Positions 28,290 through 41,300 of a stretch of DNA of 64,000 nt are shown here, in pieces; the stretch's first letter is position 1; the number at the start of each line of letters is the position of its first letter. The stretch is from Bigelowiella natans CCMP2755. Taxonomy: Eukaryota; Protista; Cercozoa. Both the position numbers and the translations under genes were made by a program. The stretch covers positions 24,994-88,993 of the forward strand of contig ADNK01000588.1 in the NCBI GenBank assembly GCA_000320545.1, read 5' to 3'. The notes beneath the pieces are model-generated. The model did not search any database. It was not told where the DNA came from and worked only from the letters and a program-made list of their open reading frames with translations.

Positions 28290-29906
28290 CTAGCGGCGAG
28301 ATAGCAGCATCCAGGCAATGGCTCCCATCCCAAGAAGAATCTCCGATCTGTATTCCTCCCACAACGTCGAGGTTTGCAACGGTCGCCTGCAGCGTTTATT
28401 CATAAAACCACACACACGCACGCACGCACGCACGCACACACGATACAGCTCGAATCATGCACGGATATGCGGCTAGGACAGCCTCCTAGGAGTAGCACAT
28501 CGAAAAGGAATTGTCAGCAATATAGAGAACCTTTCCTCCCCCGAACCCCGATTATTCGGACCCGCCGCCAGCATTTCATTCGACTTCTTCAAGCTTGCCT
28601 ACGAGTGGAGGTCAGTCAGCAAACAACAGAGCCAACAACAGGGGCAAGAGCATATTCAGCAAGTAGCGGTGTCAGTCCGTCCTTTCGAATGGCAAATGTC
28701 GATGACGACGATGATCGCCGATAATCTCAATAAAATAACGTCAAAATCGAGAAGTGAGCAAAGGGGGGGAGGGGGGGGGGGGGGGGGTTACTCTTTTTCG
28801 GTAGTCATATTTCTCACTATGTAGCCAACCACGCACTCTTTGACGAGAAGTAATAATACCTCGAGATTTGCCACTTGCCTCTTCAGGGCTTGCTGCTCGC
28901 GCTTCATCGCCTTCGTCTCCATCCACATCGTCGCGTAGTCGCTGGTGGGTGGGGGGAGGAAGAGAGACGCCAAGGTCAGATTGAGGATTATGATGCTCGT
29001 GGCGAAGGTGATGGTCATGGTGGTGGTGGTGAGGATGATGATGACAATAACGACGGCTATTATACGCTTCATTTCTTAATTCCAAAACATAAACTGCGGG
29101 AACCAAAAAGGAAAAGAAAGCACGGTGCCGTCGTTGTCGTGGTCGTCATCACTCAAGACCGAGTGAATGGCGTTTCCAAACAAGATTTGTTTTTTTTGCG
29201 AAGGAGGGAAGGGGGGGGGGGGACTAAGGCCTGCTGCTGCTGCTGCTGCTGCTACACTACTATAGCCACTACGAGGACGATAATGACGTTGCACTACATG
29301 TGATCAGGTGGTAGGTCAGTCTTCTCCGAGAGATTTGCGACACCTGGAAGCATTTTGCCTACAAAACACACACACACACATACCCATCAGTTGATTATAT
29401 CAATTATGCTGCTATTATTTCTCAATTTTACCTTCCATGAGAACGAGCGACGAGCCTCCCCCTGTACTTGCATGTGATATCTGCTCAGCAACAGGCAAGG
29501 ATCCAACCTAGAGTGTGTGGGTGGGGGGGGGGGGGGGGGGGATAAATCTGATCATGCCTCATGCCTCTCAGCGAAGCAGCAGCAGTAGATGGCGCCAGAA
29601 GGAAAGCAGAGCCAATCAATCATCGTCATCATCGTCATCATCGTCATCATCGTCATCATCGTCATCACCAAACCTTGAATTTCCTGGAGGCCGCTCCGGT
29701 ATCCCCCCCCCCGATGATGGTGGTGCACCCCATGGCAGTTGCTTTGACCATCTCGACCTGAGAAAGACAGAAAAGGGGGAGGGGGGGAGTGAGGAGGGGG
29801 GGGGTTGGAGTAGTGATGCTTAGTGCTGCTGTTCCTGCTGCTGATGATGATAATGATGATGATGATAATATTTCTTCTTACAAGAGCAGTGGTGAGAGTC
29901 GTCGGT

Positions 29907-29940
<34 letters not shown>

Positions 29941-30104
29941 TAGTGGTGGTAGTGGTAGTGATAATAACGACAGCATATATACTGACATATAGTATACCAA
30001 AAGTCGTGTTTATTATCATGACTACTAGTAGTACGATAGTACCATCGCTTGCTCTGTTCCTTTGGCAAATGCAGCGAATTCGAATACACCCAGAGGACCG
30101 TTCC

Positions 30105-30148
<44 letters not shown>

Positions 30149-30151
30149 TGG

Positions 30152-30186
<35 letters not shown>

Positions 30187-30437
30187 GCTGTGACGCCGAT
30201 GTGACGCGATGCGTTGCAATATTTCTGCGTGGTTCTCTCATCCTCAGGAAAGTATTATTATTACTATTTTTATTATTAGTGTTACTACCACTACTACTAC
30301 TACTACTCCTACTACCCACTACTACTACTACTACTATTGTTTTCGAAACTAACCAGAGAATCGTCTTTGCCCTTTCTCATCACCGCCTTGAATTCTGCGA
30401 TAATACGATCACTCACTGTGCATGTTCAGGACTGGTG

Positions 30438-30469
<32 letters not shown>

Positions 30470-30523
30470 GGTGGTAGGAAATGGAGTGTTTCTTCCTCCT
30501 CCTCCTCCTCGTTCTCCTCCCCC

Positions 30524-30556
<33 letters not shown>

Positions 30557-31038
30557 ACACTATCATCGTCGTCGTCATCGTTCTCGAACTACTTTCAATA
30601 GATTTCCTGCCGACGTCCAACGCCATCCATCCCTTGCAGGATCATCATGGGGAGGAGAGAGGAGGGGGAAAGGGGGGGGGGAGGGGGGAGGGACCAAAAT
30701 CCAAATATTCTATTAGCAATAAAACAATGCAAAGCAGTCATATATTGGCGCGATCCATTCCTTCTAGAATCTCTGTGTTTAAATGGGAGAGTAACGGTAG
30801 AGTGATTACTACTTCAAAATACCGATGATTTTTGTTAAAACACTGCTGAAAGCAGCATAGCTGGACAACAACCGCCGCCACCACCACCACTACCACCACC
30901 GATCTTATTTTTTCCTTTCTTTTTTTTTTCATATAAAGGAATACAATGCCGCGGCGTGTAGCCAGCAGCAAGCCTGGCAGCAGCAGCATCATTACCTTCG
31001 GTATGCCTTCAGAATCGTCGACATATTGAACCTGCACG

Positions 31039-31075
<37 letters not shown>

Positions 31076-31105
31076 GTGTGTGATTGAGATGCCGATGAAA
31101 TCCGC

Positions 31106-31155
<50 letters not shown>

Positions 31156-31355
31156 CTCGTTCTCTCCCTTTCCCTCTCTCTCTCCCTGTTTCTGATAGTT
31201 ATTGTGAAGCCTAATGGTCACCTGGGCATCCGGAGCGAATCGATCTGCAATGACATGATCCGTTGGGAAAGTGATCGTCACTCCCTGCAGCTCGGCCTCC
31301 TGCAAACAGCGTTGCGTTGCATGGTTAAGGCATCATACCAGCATCGTACCAACCC

Positions 31356-31398
<43 letters not shown>

Positions 31399-31803
31399 CT
31401 ACACACACACATAGAGAGAGAGAGGGGGGGGGGGGAGGGAGCAGCATTCACGCTGCATCACCATCATCATCATCATCGCTTCCTGCTTTGCGCTTGCGGT
31501 TGTTGGTTGTTGGTTGTTGGTGGTTGGTGTTCGACGTCGCGTGCGTACCTCCATGATGCTGCCGACGATCTTAGCACCCTCTTTGTCAAACAAGGAAGAA
31601 CCGATGTCCACCCCATCGCACACCTTCGAGGAGTCAGTGTGTGATAGTAGGAAGATAAAGAGGAGGAGGAGGAAGGGGAGGGGGGAGGTGGAGAGTCGGG
31701 GGAGGAAGGGGGGGAGAGGAAAGCTTTTTTTTTTAAAGTGTCGGTTGGTTTTTTTGAGTGTGTACCCTCCCTTCAATATATTAATCTCTCTCTCTCTCTC
31801 ATA

Positions 31804-31838
<35 letters not shown>

Positions 31839-32201
31839 TCTTGAACGTGTACGCCATTCCTCCCGCGATGAACACCTATCAATACATCCAATACATCCTT
31901 ATGGAACAAGGTAAATAGGCGGTTTGTACATACATGTACATACATATATGAGAGAGAGAGAGAGAGATGGAAAGGGGGGGGGGGGGTGGCGAGAAATTCA
32001 TCATCGAAGCAGCAAGCCAGTTCAGTTCCTCATTAGCGATTTTGAGCATATTACGAATGGCCCTGATTTTATCGGTGACTGGTTGATCATATTATCCGAG
32101 AAGGAGGAGAAGAAGAAGAAAAGAAAGAAAACAAGCATGACCACCATCAATAGCCGCTAAGAGAGGCAACAGACAGCTGCCATCGTCTATCCTCCTCCTT
32201 C

Positions 32202-32237
<36 letters not shown>

Positions 32238-32699
32238 CCGTCGCTGTTAGAAACGAACAGCAAGCAAAACATGAACACATTTGACCCTCCGATCATAGCA
32301 AGGAAAGGACGATTCGAATTGCCAAGCACCTTGGAGTAGTACCTTCGCACAACGGAAACACGCACCGCACACACACGCACACACACACACACACACACAC
32401 ACGCGCGCGCGCACAAAATACACACAGAGAGCTCCTTTTCATATCCTCATCATGATCCAGATCATCATCTCCCATATCCTGCCATCCATTGTTCTCGACA
32501 CCGACAACTCTCAATCCGCTGTCTCACTTTGCTCCCCATCATGTGCTATTATTGCAATCTCCTAGCTCTCGAGTAGCAAAGCTGGTAATAATGATACAAA
32601 TGCGTCGCGCCACCATGCGCTGCACACACGATTACTTCTCCCACACTACAAAAACTACTACTACACCTGCAATAACAACTCGCACACATCTAAGTTTAA

Positions 32700-32742
<43 letters not shown>

Positions 32743-32747
32743 CAGAG

Positions 32748-32783
<36 letters not shown>

Positions 32784-34011
32784 TGATAATGATATCAGCT
32801 AAACACGAGAGAACATACGTGAGCTCCTTCTTGACCAGTAGCCCTGCAACCCTTTGCGGCAGGTCTATTCCAACTACACTAGAGTGCGGCCTACCAATAT
32901 CGACGACGACGAACCATATACACAATCACGGGTAGCCAACGCAGCAGACAACAAGAAACCGATGGTGATGACAATGATTATAATAGTTGACGATGATGAT
33001 GATGATGATGTTGATGATGATGATTGATGATTGATGATTGATGATTGATGATTGATGATAATGTGAGAATGAAACGGATAGCGACGAGAATCGTCGTTTG
33101 TACCGCCAGTCTTACGAACACGGGGGCGGCGTAATAAGATACAAAAAAAGGTGCGAAACGAGCGTTTTAAAAGAAAACATCGATGATTATTCATGACCCC
33201 CCCCCCGACACGGGCAAAAGAGCATGCAGTCAGTGAAGAATATTTCTTTATTCTGGGGTGGGGCCTAGATTATCTCGCAAGAGGTGCATTTCACCACCGA
33301 TGAGCGGCACCAAAGGCCTCGAAGACATAGACGTCGCCAAGCTGAGTCAGAGCTTTTCGGAACCGCTGCACCGCCTCCGGAATGGCTTTTCTGCCGATGG
33401 GAAGGAGACAGGAGGCGTGTGGGGAGGGGAGGGGGAGGAGGAGGAGGAGGGGGAGGAGGGGGAAAAGAATCATGAGGTTATCGATTCAAGGATGAAGGAT
33501 ATCGATCGGGTGAAGATGGGGTGATGATAATGTTGTTGATAGACAGGGTTTACAAAGAATGCATATCAGTAGCAGCAATTGGCTCGTTATGAGGCAAGTG
33601 ACGTACGTACTTCTTCTCCCCCTTGTAGTTGACACTGGATCCACACTCCTCGATGTGAAAGCGAAGATTCTCACACAGGTACACCGTACATTCCTGATGA
33701 AGAGATAAGTTGTTTATGAATCACCGATAGGCAATCGTGGAGGGGGATTTTCTGTTGTGCTATGTGTTCTATGTGTGATGATCCTCATTCGTCGCTGTTT
33801 TTAGTGGATCGTTGGCAGTGGTAATAGCCGCGTATTGATCATGAGAGTTTGTCTTCGTCGTCATCATCATCAGACTATTACGTGCAGGGCTCACCTCCGT
33901 GCTGTTGATTTCCTCCTCGATTGTAGGTCCAACACACTCATCCAGAAACTTCACCGGTGCGTAGTCCTGAGAGCCGCAATATCAACACAGACGAACAACT
34001 ATCTTAATGTA

Positions 34012-34059
<48 letters not shown>

Positions 34060-35346
34060 ACATGTTCCGCGTCAACCCTCCCCCCCCCCCCCCCCTGGGA
34101 AGGCGAATTTTTCCGTGCTTGGTAAGTATCCCAATGTGTGTGCGAATGGGGGTATGGACCTTAAAATACTCCCCCCGGAGGGAAGCGACCCGGGTGAGGG
34201 AGAAATCCTGTCAGCCCCACCCCCACAAACAAGAATTATAAAGGGGGGGAGAGAGGGCGCATTTTTTACACATTATCGTTGCCCATCCAGGATTGTACCC
34301 CTCCTATTTCACACATTCTCCCCCTCCCTCTGCAATAACGATAAGGCAAGCCACGTAAGAATACCTCTTTTTTAAATTTCCCCCCCGGACGGCCCAGGTG
34401 GCAAATAAGCACGATGCACTTTGGTAGTCGTTTCTTGTTTGAAAGCATGTACTATGTAGTTGGACAAGCAGAAGGAGGGAGGGGGAGGGGGGGGGGTGAG
34501 TACTGTTTCGCACCTGGTTTTCGAACATAATTTATGAAATAACTGCCCAGAAGCTCTACCTTGATACTATCTAATGATGCAATGATCCGTGTAGGATCCG
34601 TCACCTGTATGATTTAAAGAAGGGGGGGGGGGGGTGAAGAGTGTCTATGTTAGTGATGGAAGTTGAGGCTGATGATTAGTAAGATGGGAAGGGGAGGGAG
34701 GCAGAAGATATATTTTACTTTGCCATCTTTGATGGGAACGTTGTAATCCACACGACAGAGAACTCGCTTGCCTGAGTATCAGCCAAAATTATCTCCTTCT
34801 CCCCACACTTCCCCTCCTCCTCCTCCTCAGCATCCTTGCATCCATACAATAAGAAAATAAAAGCGAAACATCTTTACCTTTGAAATCGATGTCTTCAATC
34901 GACTGCTTGGAAGCCAGCACGCGGATTGATAGCTCCTTTTCGCCTACAAGGGGGAAAGGGAATAGGATGGAGATGAAGGGGAAATGCGACAGCGCTACTT
35001 CGGATGATATCAGGAACTATGATAAGTATGTTGTGAGAGCTTTGTGAGTTTATGATGTCAGAAAGCTCTTGCTAGAAAATAATGTCAAGCGATTGATGCT
35101 GTAAGTAATACTTCGATCCCATTTGGGAAGAGGTAGCACCCAGAATTCCTAACAGTTTATTGTGCCAAGATACAAGTCAGACATTGGCCAATTCATGGTT
35201 CTATATCTGTCTCCGGATATTCGTCGTAGACGATTTCCATCCGCCCTGGCGGATTTATCCGAAGAAAAGCCGAGACAGCACGAAACAAAGCTTTTTCTAA
35301 CGACCTTCTCGCTCGAAGAATTCTTTCTTTTCTTGACGTCTCCCAT
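28290..35346 (-). CDS. PGK: Phosphoglycerate kinase with N- and C-terminal extensions; many microsatellite-filled introns
   Basis: SIEDIDFKGKRVLCRVDYNVP, CHLGRPGG, FLDECVG, LGDVYVFEAFGAAHR, RPFLAMIGG, GGMAYTF, TIIGGGDTG, SHASTGGGSSLVLMEGKMLPGV. First exon and last three exons are less certain. Confidence 0.93.
28740..34840. repeat. Dense intronic microsatellites (AG, AC, AT, TAG, CAT, poly-G/C); similar clusters at about 1.5-11 kb, 46-48 kb and 55-64 kb
   Basis: Directly visible; they account for most low-complexity entries in the ORF track. Confidence 0.97.
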
Positions 35347-35742
35347 GGTTGATAGATAAAATGGAGTGGAACCCTAGTCTTGCTCACGTGGAAGTTCTCT
35401 GATGGCCAGTGAATGGCTCGACCTTCGGAGGTTTGTTTGTGGGCCCTTGTCCACGTAAGTGACGGCGGTCCTTCCGAATGGAAATCCACTTCCAATAAAA
35501 ACGCACTGCAAAAATTACAAAAATGCGACAAAAAGCATGTCGCGATTTCCAAAATCACAGTAAACCGGGGTGGTCACGATAGTACCCCCCCCCCCCCCTT
35601 CGGAAAATCAAATGATATTTCTTTCTCGGTTTGAAATTTTACCAACTAAACTTGCCAATCTGGCATGTCGTCGCATAATTTTCTCCGCTGTTTTTTATCA
35701 TTTTCTCCAGCTCAGATCTTGGCCGAAATCCGGCAAAATTAC

Positions 35743-35942
35743 CAGTGTGCGCTTGGGCAGTCAGCTGGCGCTGGCTGGCTGGCGGTCTGGCTGGCGGTCT
35801 GGCTGGCGGTCTGGCTGGTCGCCAGGTATAAAAATAAAAACGCAGGACATTTACATGAATATCGTTACAAGTTCGACGATTTTTCGGGATGTCGCAGTAA
35901 TGACCGCCAGGCAGGCAAGCTGGCGACCCTGGCGCATCCCGA
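35743..35942. mobile_element. Possible degenerate MITE with imperfect terminal inverted repeats and an internal 12-bp tandem repeat
   Basis: Left CAGTGTGCGCTTGGGCAGTCAGCTGG..CTGGCGGTC versus reverse complement of the right end CGGGATGCGCCAGGGTCGCCAGCTTGCCTGCCTGGCGGTC; (CTGGCTGGCGGT)x3-4; no clear target-site duplication. Confidence 0.4.
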
Positions 35943-36175
35943 AATCCATGTTTTCGTGAGAGATTTCGATGTTTTTGGAGAAAATTGCAGCGCGTTTGTC
36001 GAGAAAACACTGGCCCGAGCACCTACGTGTGCCGCTTCTGTACCGCAGCTGGTGGATCGCCGTGAGCTCTGGACAATTTCCGCACCGAGAGCAGGTCCAT
36101 AAGTCGATCCCTGCAACCCGAGCATTTGAGAGCGTGACAACTATCAACTAAGACTCGCTGATATAATAACCTCCC

Positions 36176-36967
36176 ATGGCTGACAATCAAGGGAATAAGA
36201 GGACGGAAGGTCCCGCCACCACCGCCCAGGATGACGACGACTCGATTTCACTCATCATCTATGGAACCATCGACGCAGAAATGAATAGCCCCATGGCTAG
36301 CCAGAACAGCACTTCCGACGATGCAAAGTCAGTGCAATCAATGGGAGCTGAGTCCTCGCATCAGCAATCTAGCGGCTCGTCGAGTCCAGATAACCGCTAT
36401 GAAACAATCTTGGGGTGTCCGAACATGACACCTGAGGGCCCCGCTCCACAAGTGAATCAAATCTCATTTAAAGATGACCGGATTCAAGATGCAACGAAGA
36501 GCATTAGCGACCCCAGTCGAGAATACAATCCATCCGAGGCACCCGGCGATATGATGGCAGCTAACATCCCTGAATTGAGGACCCAAAGATCGTCAAGCAA
36601 ACTTGAAAGCAGAGGAACGAAGGAAGTCATTAAGGTCCCCCATACTAAAAAAAAAGGGAAGAAGAGAAATAGAAGGCGTCTGGGATGCGAAAACTGTGTG
36701 ACGGGAAAGTATAAATGCTCAGCAGTCGTCGACAAAAAATTTCCTTGCCAGCAATGCATTAAGGACAAATGTGAGGAGCTTTGTGATGGACCATATGATC
36801 CACGTAAGCACACCTTTTTCAATCCACGACTTGAAAGGAAAGGCACGGGTAAGAGGTTGCGTGACACATCTCTCTCGATGGAAGGACATCGTTGTCGCAA
36901 GATACGAAAAGGGAAGCGCTGCATCCGACCTTTCAAGCATGGTGGAAATTGCAAATACTCAGGATAA
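36176..36967 (+). CDS. Zn(II)2Cys6 (GAL4-type) zinc-cluster protein, intronless
   Basis: KKKGKKRNRRRLG followed by C-x2-C-x6-C-x9-C-x2-C-x8-C; second Cys/His motif RCRKIRKGKRCIRPFKHGGNCK at the C-terminus. Confidence 0.8.
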   Translation: MADNQGNKRTEGPATTAQDDDDSISLIIYGTIDAEMNSPMASQNSTSDDAKSVQSMGAESSHQQSSGSSSPDNRYETILGCPNMTPEGPAPQVNQISFKDDRIQDATKSISDPSREYNPSEAPGDMMAANIPELRTQRSSSKLESRGTKEVIKVPHTKKKGKKRNRRRLGCENCVTGKYKCSAVVDKKFPCQQCIKDKCEELCDGPYDPRKHTFFNPRLERKGTGKRLRDTSLSMEGHRCRKIRKGKRCIRPFKHGGNCKYSG

Positions 36968-37850
36968 ATGTAGACAAAGCACACTTGAGAAGCAAAAGAG
37001 GTTCAAACCTTGCGACTGCTCATCGAACTCGCATTTTTAGTCTAGGATACTTACGGCTTCAGTAACCTGTTTCAGTGTCAAGAATTAGAGATCTGCAAGT
37101 GGTGGCGTTTGTGCTATGTGTTGAGTTCCTATCACATTCTTTATGCAATTCGTTCAATGCTTCATTAAGGAAATATGTTGACACCATTTGGATTCCCTTC
37201 ATACGATGCTACTTTTGCATGTGCAATAAACTCGGGTCGTAGGTGCGCACGTTTTGTTCGTCGCCGCGCTTGCGTGCTCCGCTTCGTTTAGCACACGTTA
37301 TCATTATGTGTTGCACATTGCTGCTCCTGCCGCACAAATGCGAATCGAAGCAACTGTGGCGCGTGTGAACATAATATAAGCACGCTATATACTCGGCTCA
37401 TTAGAAGCAGGAAGTTTCTCTAATTGCTCCTCGAGAGTCTTTGATTTTCAAAAATGACATGAAATTACGCTCGCAATATATAGTGACAAGAAGTGACATC
37501 ATCGAAGGAAACAGCAACTACTACACACGTCGGCCGGAAAAGGCATTTACAATGCGCGCTTGTGTGCTTATTATTGCTGCCCACCCTCTGCATGTACTTG
37601 GTTGATCATTTTTACACATTCTCATATAAGATTAGTGATTCCTTCTTGACAATATGCAGATGGCAGTAATACTACAAACGCGCCCGCGCCGTGAAATGGC
37701 GGAGCTGATTAATTTCGATTTTGAGGTTATGCTGCTGGCAATTGTGAGAGCCATAACCAATCCGCAGAAAAGCCAGAGAAGTAACAGAAGAGGTTGTCGC
37801 GTAAATCCTCAAACGATGAAATCAACACGCAAACGAAACGCCAACTACCA

Positions 37851-38287
37851 TTATGTGTCGATTTCCATACTCTCCGACGAATCATCCATCATATCATCCG
37901 ATGTTGTCAGATCTATAATATCGTGATGATCATCCCTCTTGATATCGTCTTCTTCATTCACTGCAGTCTTTTTATCTTTTGCTTTTGTACTCGAAGTCTT
38001 GCCTCTGACACCTCTCTTGAGCATGTGCGAGTCGATTCGAACGCAATGGAGTTGGTACCCTTTTATGCCGTGGAAGGGGAGAATGTTTTTGGTGTACCAT
38101 AACTCTGGATTGATGTGGCGATCCAAGATCTGACGGAGAATTACCACATTTAAAAGCACTACATCACTTAAGGGGTAGGAGACTTGGAAGAGAAGGGCGA
38201 ATGCATGATGAGACAATGGATGAAAATGAAGTAAAAGCTGAACGGAGGAGAGAAAGATGTGTATACGTGTAATGTGTAGATTGTAAA

Positions 38288-38362
<75 letters not shown>

Positions 38363-41300
38363 AGCGTACACCATGTGATGCAGCATGATCTTCTGCGAGT
38401 CTTCCTCCAAGGAAAAAGATTTCCCATCATTTGAAACAGCTCCCCAATCGATCAATCTCGCCACCCTGTAGTCTTCCATCTTCATCTCTCCCAATTCTTT
38501 CTCAAGAAGATAATCCCCAGGAGAGGTTGTGAAGCTTGACTCTCCCTCTCGGTATAGCAGCGCCTCCGTCGGAAGATGATGGAGAGAGCGAGTGGCCTCG
38601 AGGTTGACCAGATTCACTTGAACTCGAAATCTATCCTCGTGATAGAAGCGGCTTTTATTTTCACTTCTGCTCTTCGCAGCAAGCTTAACGCCAAGACTAT
38701 CTACACTATTAGACGATTCATTCTTGATGAGGCGTGCGATCGCATCGTAGAAAGCTTCTGGAATGTCGCGCAACGCGTTCTTAAGATTTTCCGAGCAATC
38801 TATGGCTGTTTCCATGAGGCATCCCTTAAAACCATCCACAGTACACGGAGTGAAGCTCTGATTTTCCACGAAATACTTTTGGAGACACTCTGTCACGAGA
38901 TTCGTTAATTCACGGCTTTCACGGTATGATTTTAACCTTTTTTGGTTGCTGCATTCTTGCTTATACTGTTCAAGTTTATCTAGGATTATTGCATTTTCAA
39001 AGTCTTCGAATACATTATCATCAAATCTGAAGTTTGCGAGGATGGTGTTCATGACTTCTTGCATAAGGTGCAGCAGGAACTGTAGAGATGTAAAGCTCCA
39101 CTTTCCCGACTCCTCCATGTAGGACACTCTTTTAATGTTATCGTCGATGATAAAACAAAAGTTATAGCCGAGTGCGCGAGCGACGATTTTGCTGTGTGCT
39201 GTGCCATGCGCCCAGCTGCTCTGCGCCTTAGGAAGTCTCACCCAGTACATTTTTCTCCTACAATGCTTAGGTTCGTACTTATCGATGCAAGATTCGTACA
39301 ATCTTTTCCAAGATGAGATGTCGGTGCGGTGGGGTACCACCACAAAGATCGTTACTTCTTCTTCACCGCATCCGAACGTTGACCGCCACTGGTACACCCT
39401 CTTTGTTTGCTCCTCTTCTATTTCATCTGATTCGCAAGGTGGGAGCTTCTTGAGAATTTCCCTATCGCTTTGGCTGTAATTTCCTTCAAGGAGCACGTTG
39501 CACAGAATTTTCCTCTTGATGATCGTTATCACCACTAGGTGCTTCCTCGGGGCCGAAGTTGCCGTGGCCGAGGACTGTTGGAATGAAGACAGGGAAAAGA
39601 ATTGAGCGTAAGTTTTTTATGTCACATTTCGCCTTCTTTAATGAATCACTGTGCATCTTGATCTCCTCACGCACTTTCTTGCTCATGCTCAGGACGACCC
39701 GCCGTTTCTCATCGGGTTGGGTGCCGCTTCCAGCGTCCCCATTTTCTACCGACAAAAGAATGTCAAATCCATCCAACTTTGATTCGTCGTTGATCAGGCG
39801 AATATCAGTTTCTATTTCAGATTTTTGGAATGAAGAAGTCCATTTTCGACCGAGATAATCCCGTGCTTTTTTGATATGCTCTTCGCTCCAAGAGGCTTCT
39901 GGCCAAAGTTCCTTTCCTTTCAGCATGAGTTTTCGAATATTATTAGCCTTTTCGTGACCTGTGTGCGCTGCCATTTCAAATGCTTCTAGAACTAAAAGCA
40001 ACGCCCAAATATTGCTGGAGTACTTTTTTGGCGCATCGTCTGAGTCAGAGAATAACTCATTTTGCAGGTTCTTGAATATATCCTCAAATATTTTCTTTTT
40101 CGAACCCCCCTTGTCTGCGCAGGCCAGAGACGGAAATAGTATCTCACCAACTGAATACAAATGGCTTCGCTGTTTATCTTCCCCATCACCTTTCTCTCCT
40201 CGTAACACCTTATTTTTCAGTTCCTCCAATAACTTCGTCTGACTTTGCACTTTTCTAACAGGTTTCCCCTCGACCGGATTGACACCCCGTCCGCTCTCGT
40301 TGAGGCGCACGTGAATTTTGCTGCCGATTTTTCCATCCCATTTGATCCCCGGATCGGTTTGCAACTGTTCTGAGGGGTTTATCCATGACATTGCATCCAC
40401 GAAACGTTTTCTTTGATCGGCAAACCATTTCTGTGTCTCTTTTGTTATTCTAACCTTTGGTGGTTCGAAGAAATCACTATGAAGTTCCTTTGCGAGATCC
40501 ATAAGCTCATCGCTCATTTTGTCCAGCATTTTGCGAGGGTTCACGCCAGTGCTCTTGCTGAGCCGATTCTGAAGTTCCTCTTTTAAGATTTTCTTGAAGT
40601 TTGGTACCGACTTTTTTTTCCTTAGCACTTCCCTGATCGCTTCGACGAAGCCGTTGAGGTTTGGAAGCACATTGCCACTTTTTAAGTAACGCTCAAGGAC
40701 GAGTTCTAAAGTGCTTTGCATGACTTCAGTGAAATCATTCCCCATTTCGGCATCAACGCTTGGATCATCTCGAACTTGGTTGCACCAATGCTGACAGGCA
40801 GACTCGATCTTTTGTTTCATCACCTCTTCGAGGCCTTCGTGTAGAAGTTCCTTACCTTTAGTGCTAGTATATGCCAGTTCATCCAACAGAACATCCTTCA
40901 ATGCCTTCAATGCCTCTGATTTATTGGAATTTTCTTCCCTGAAATGGGTGAAGATTTCTTCTACGTTCTCATTAATTTCTTCTATTTCTCCGTCCCTATA
41001 CGTGAAGACGCTGCCAGTGTCATTCTCAGTGTCCAAATTCTCTGATTCTTTGGGTTGAGGCTTTGTTTCGCGTATTAGATAATCATTTAGATTGTCCGAA
41101 ATTGCGAGGAATAGATTCGAGCATACGCCTTCAAAATCCTTTCTAATGTTGAAACGAAGTTTAATGGTCAAGTCTCTACTTAATTGTGGGAACTTCTTGA
41201 ACTTTCCATTCTTTCTTTTTTTCAATAGGTAACTGACCCTTCTTTTGTAATAGGCGCATAGCTGCCTTGAAAGATTTAGCATGGGGTATTGCGTTCTCTT

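Noticed and set aside
35770-35825. Tandem repeats as a possible CRISPR array (also 43958-44058)
   Set aside because: No unique spacers, no cas genes, and eukaryotic context.
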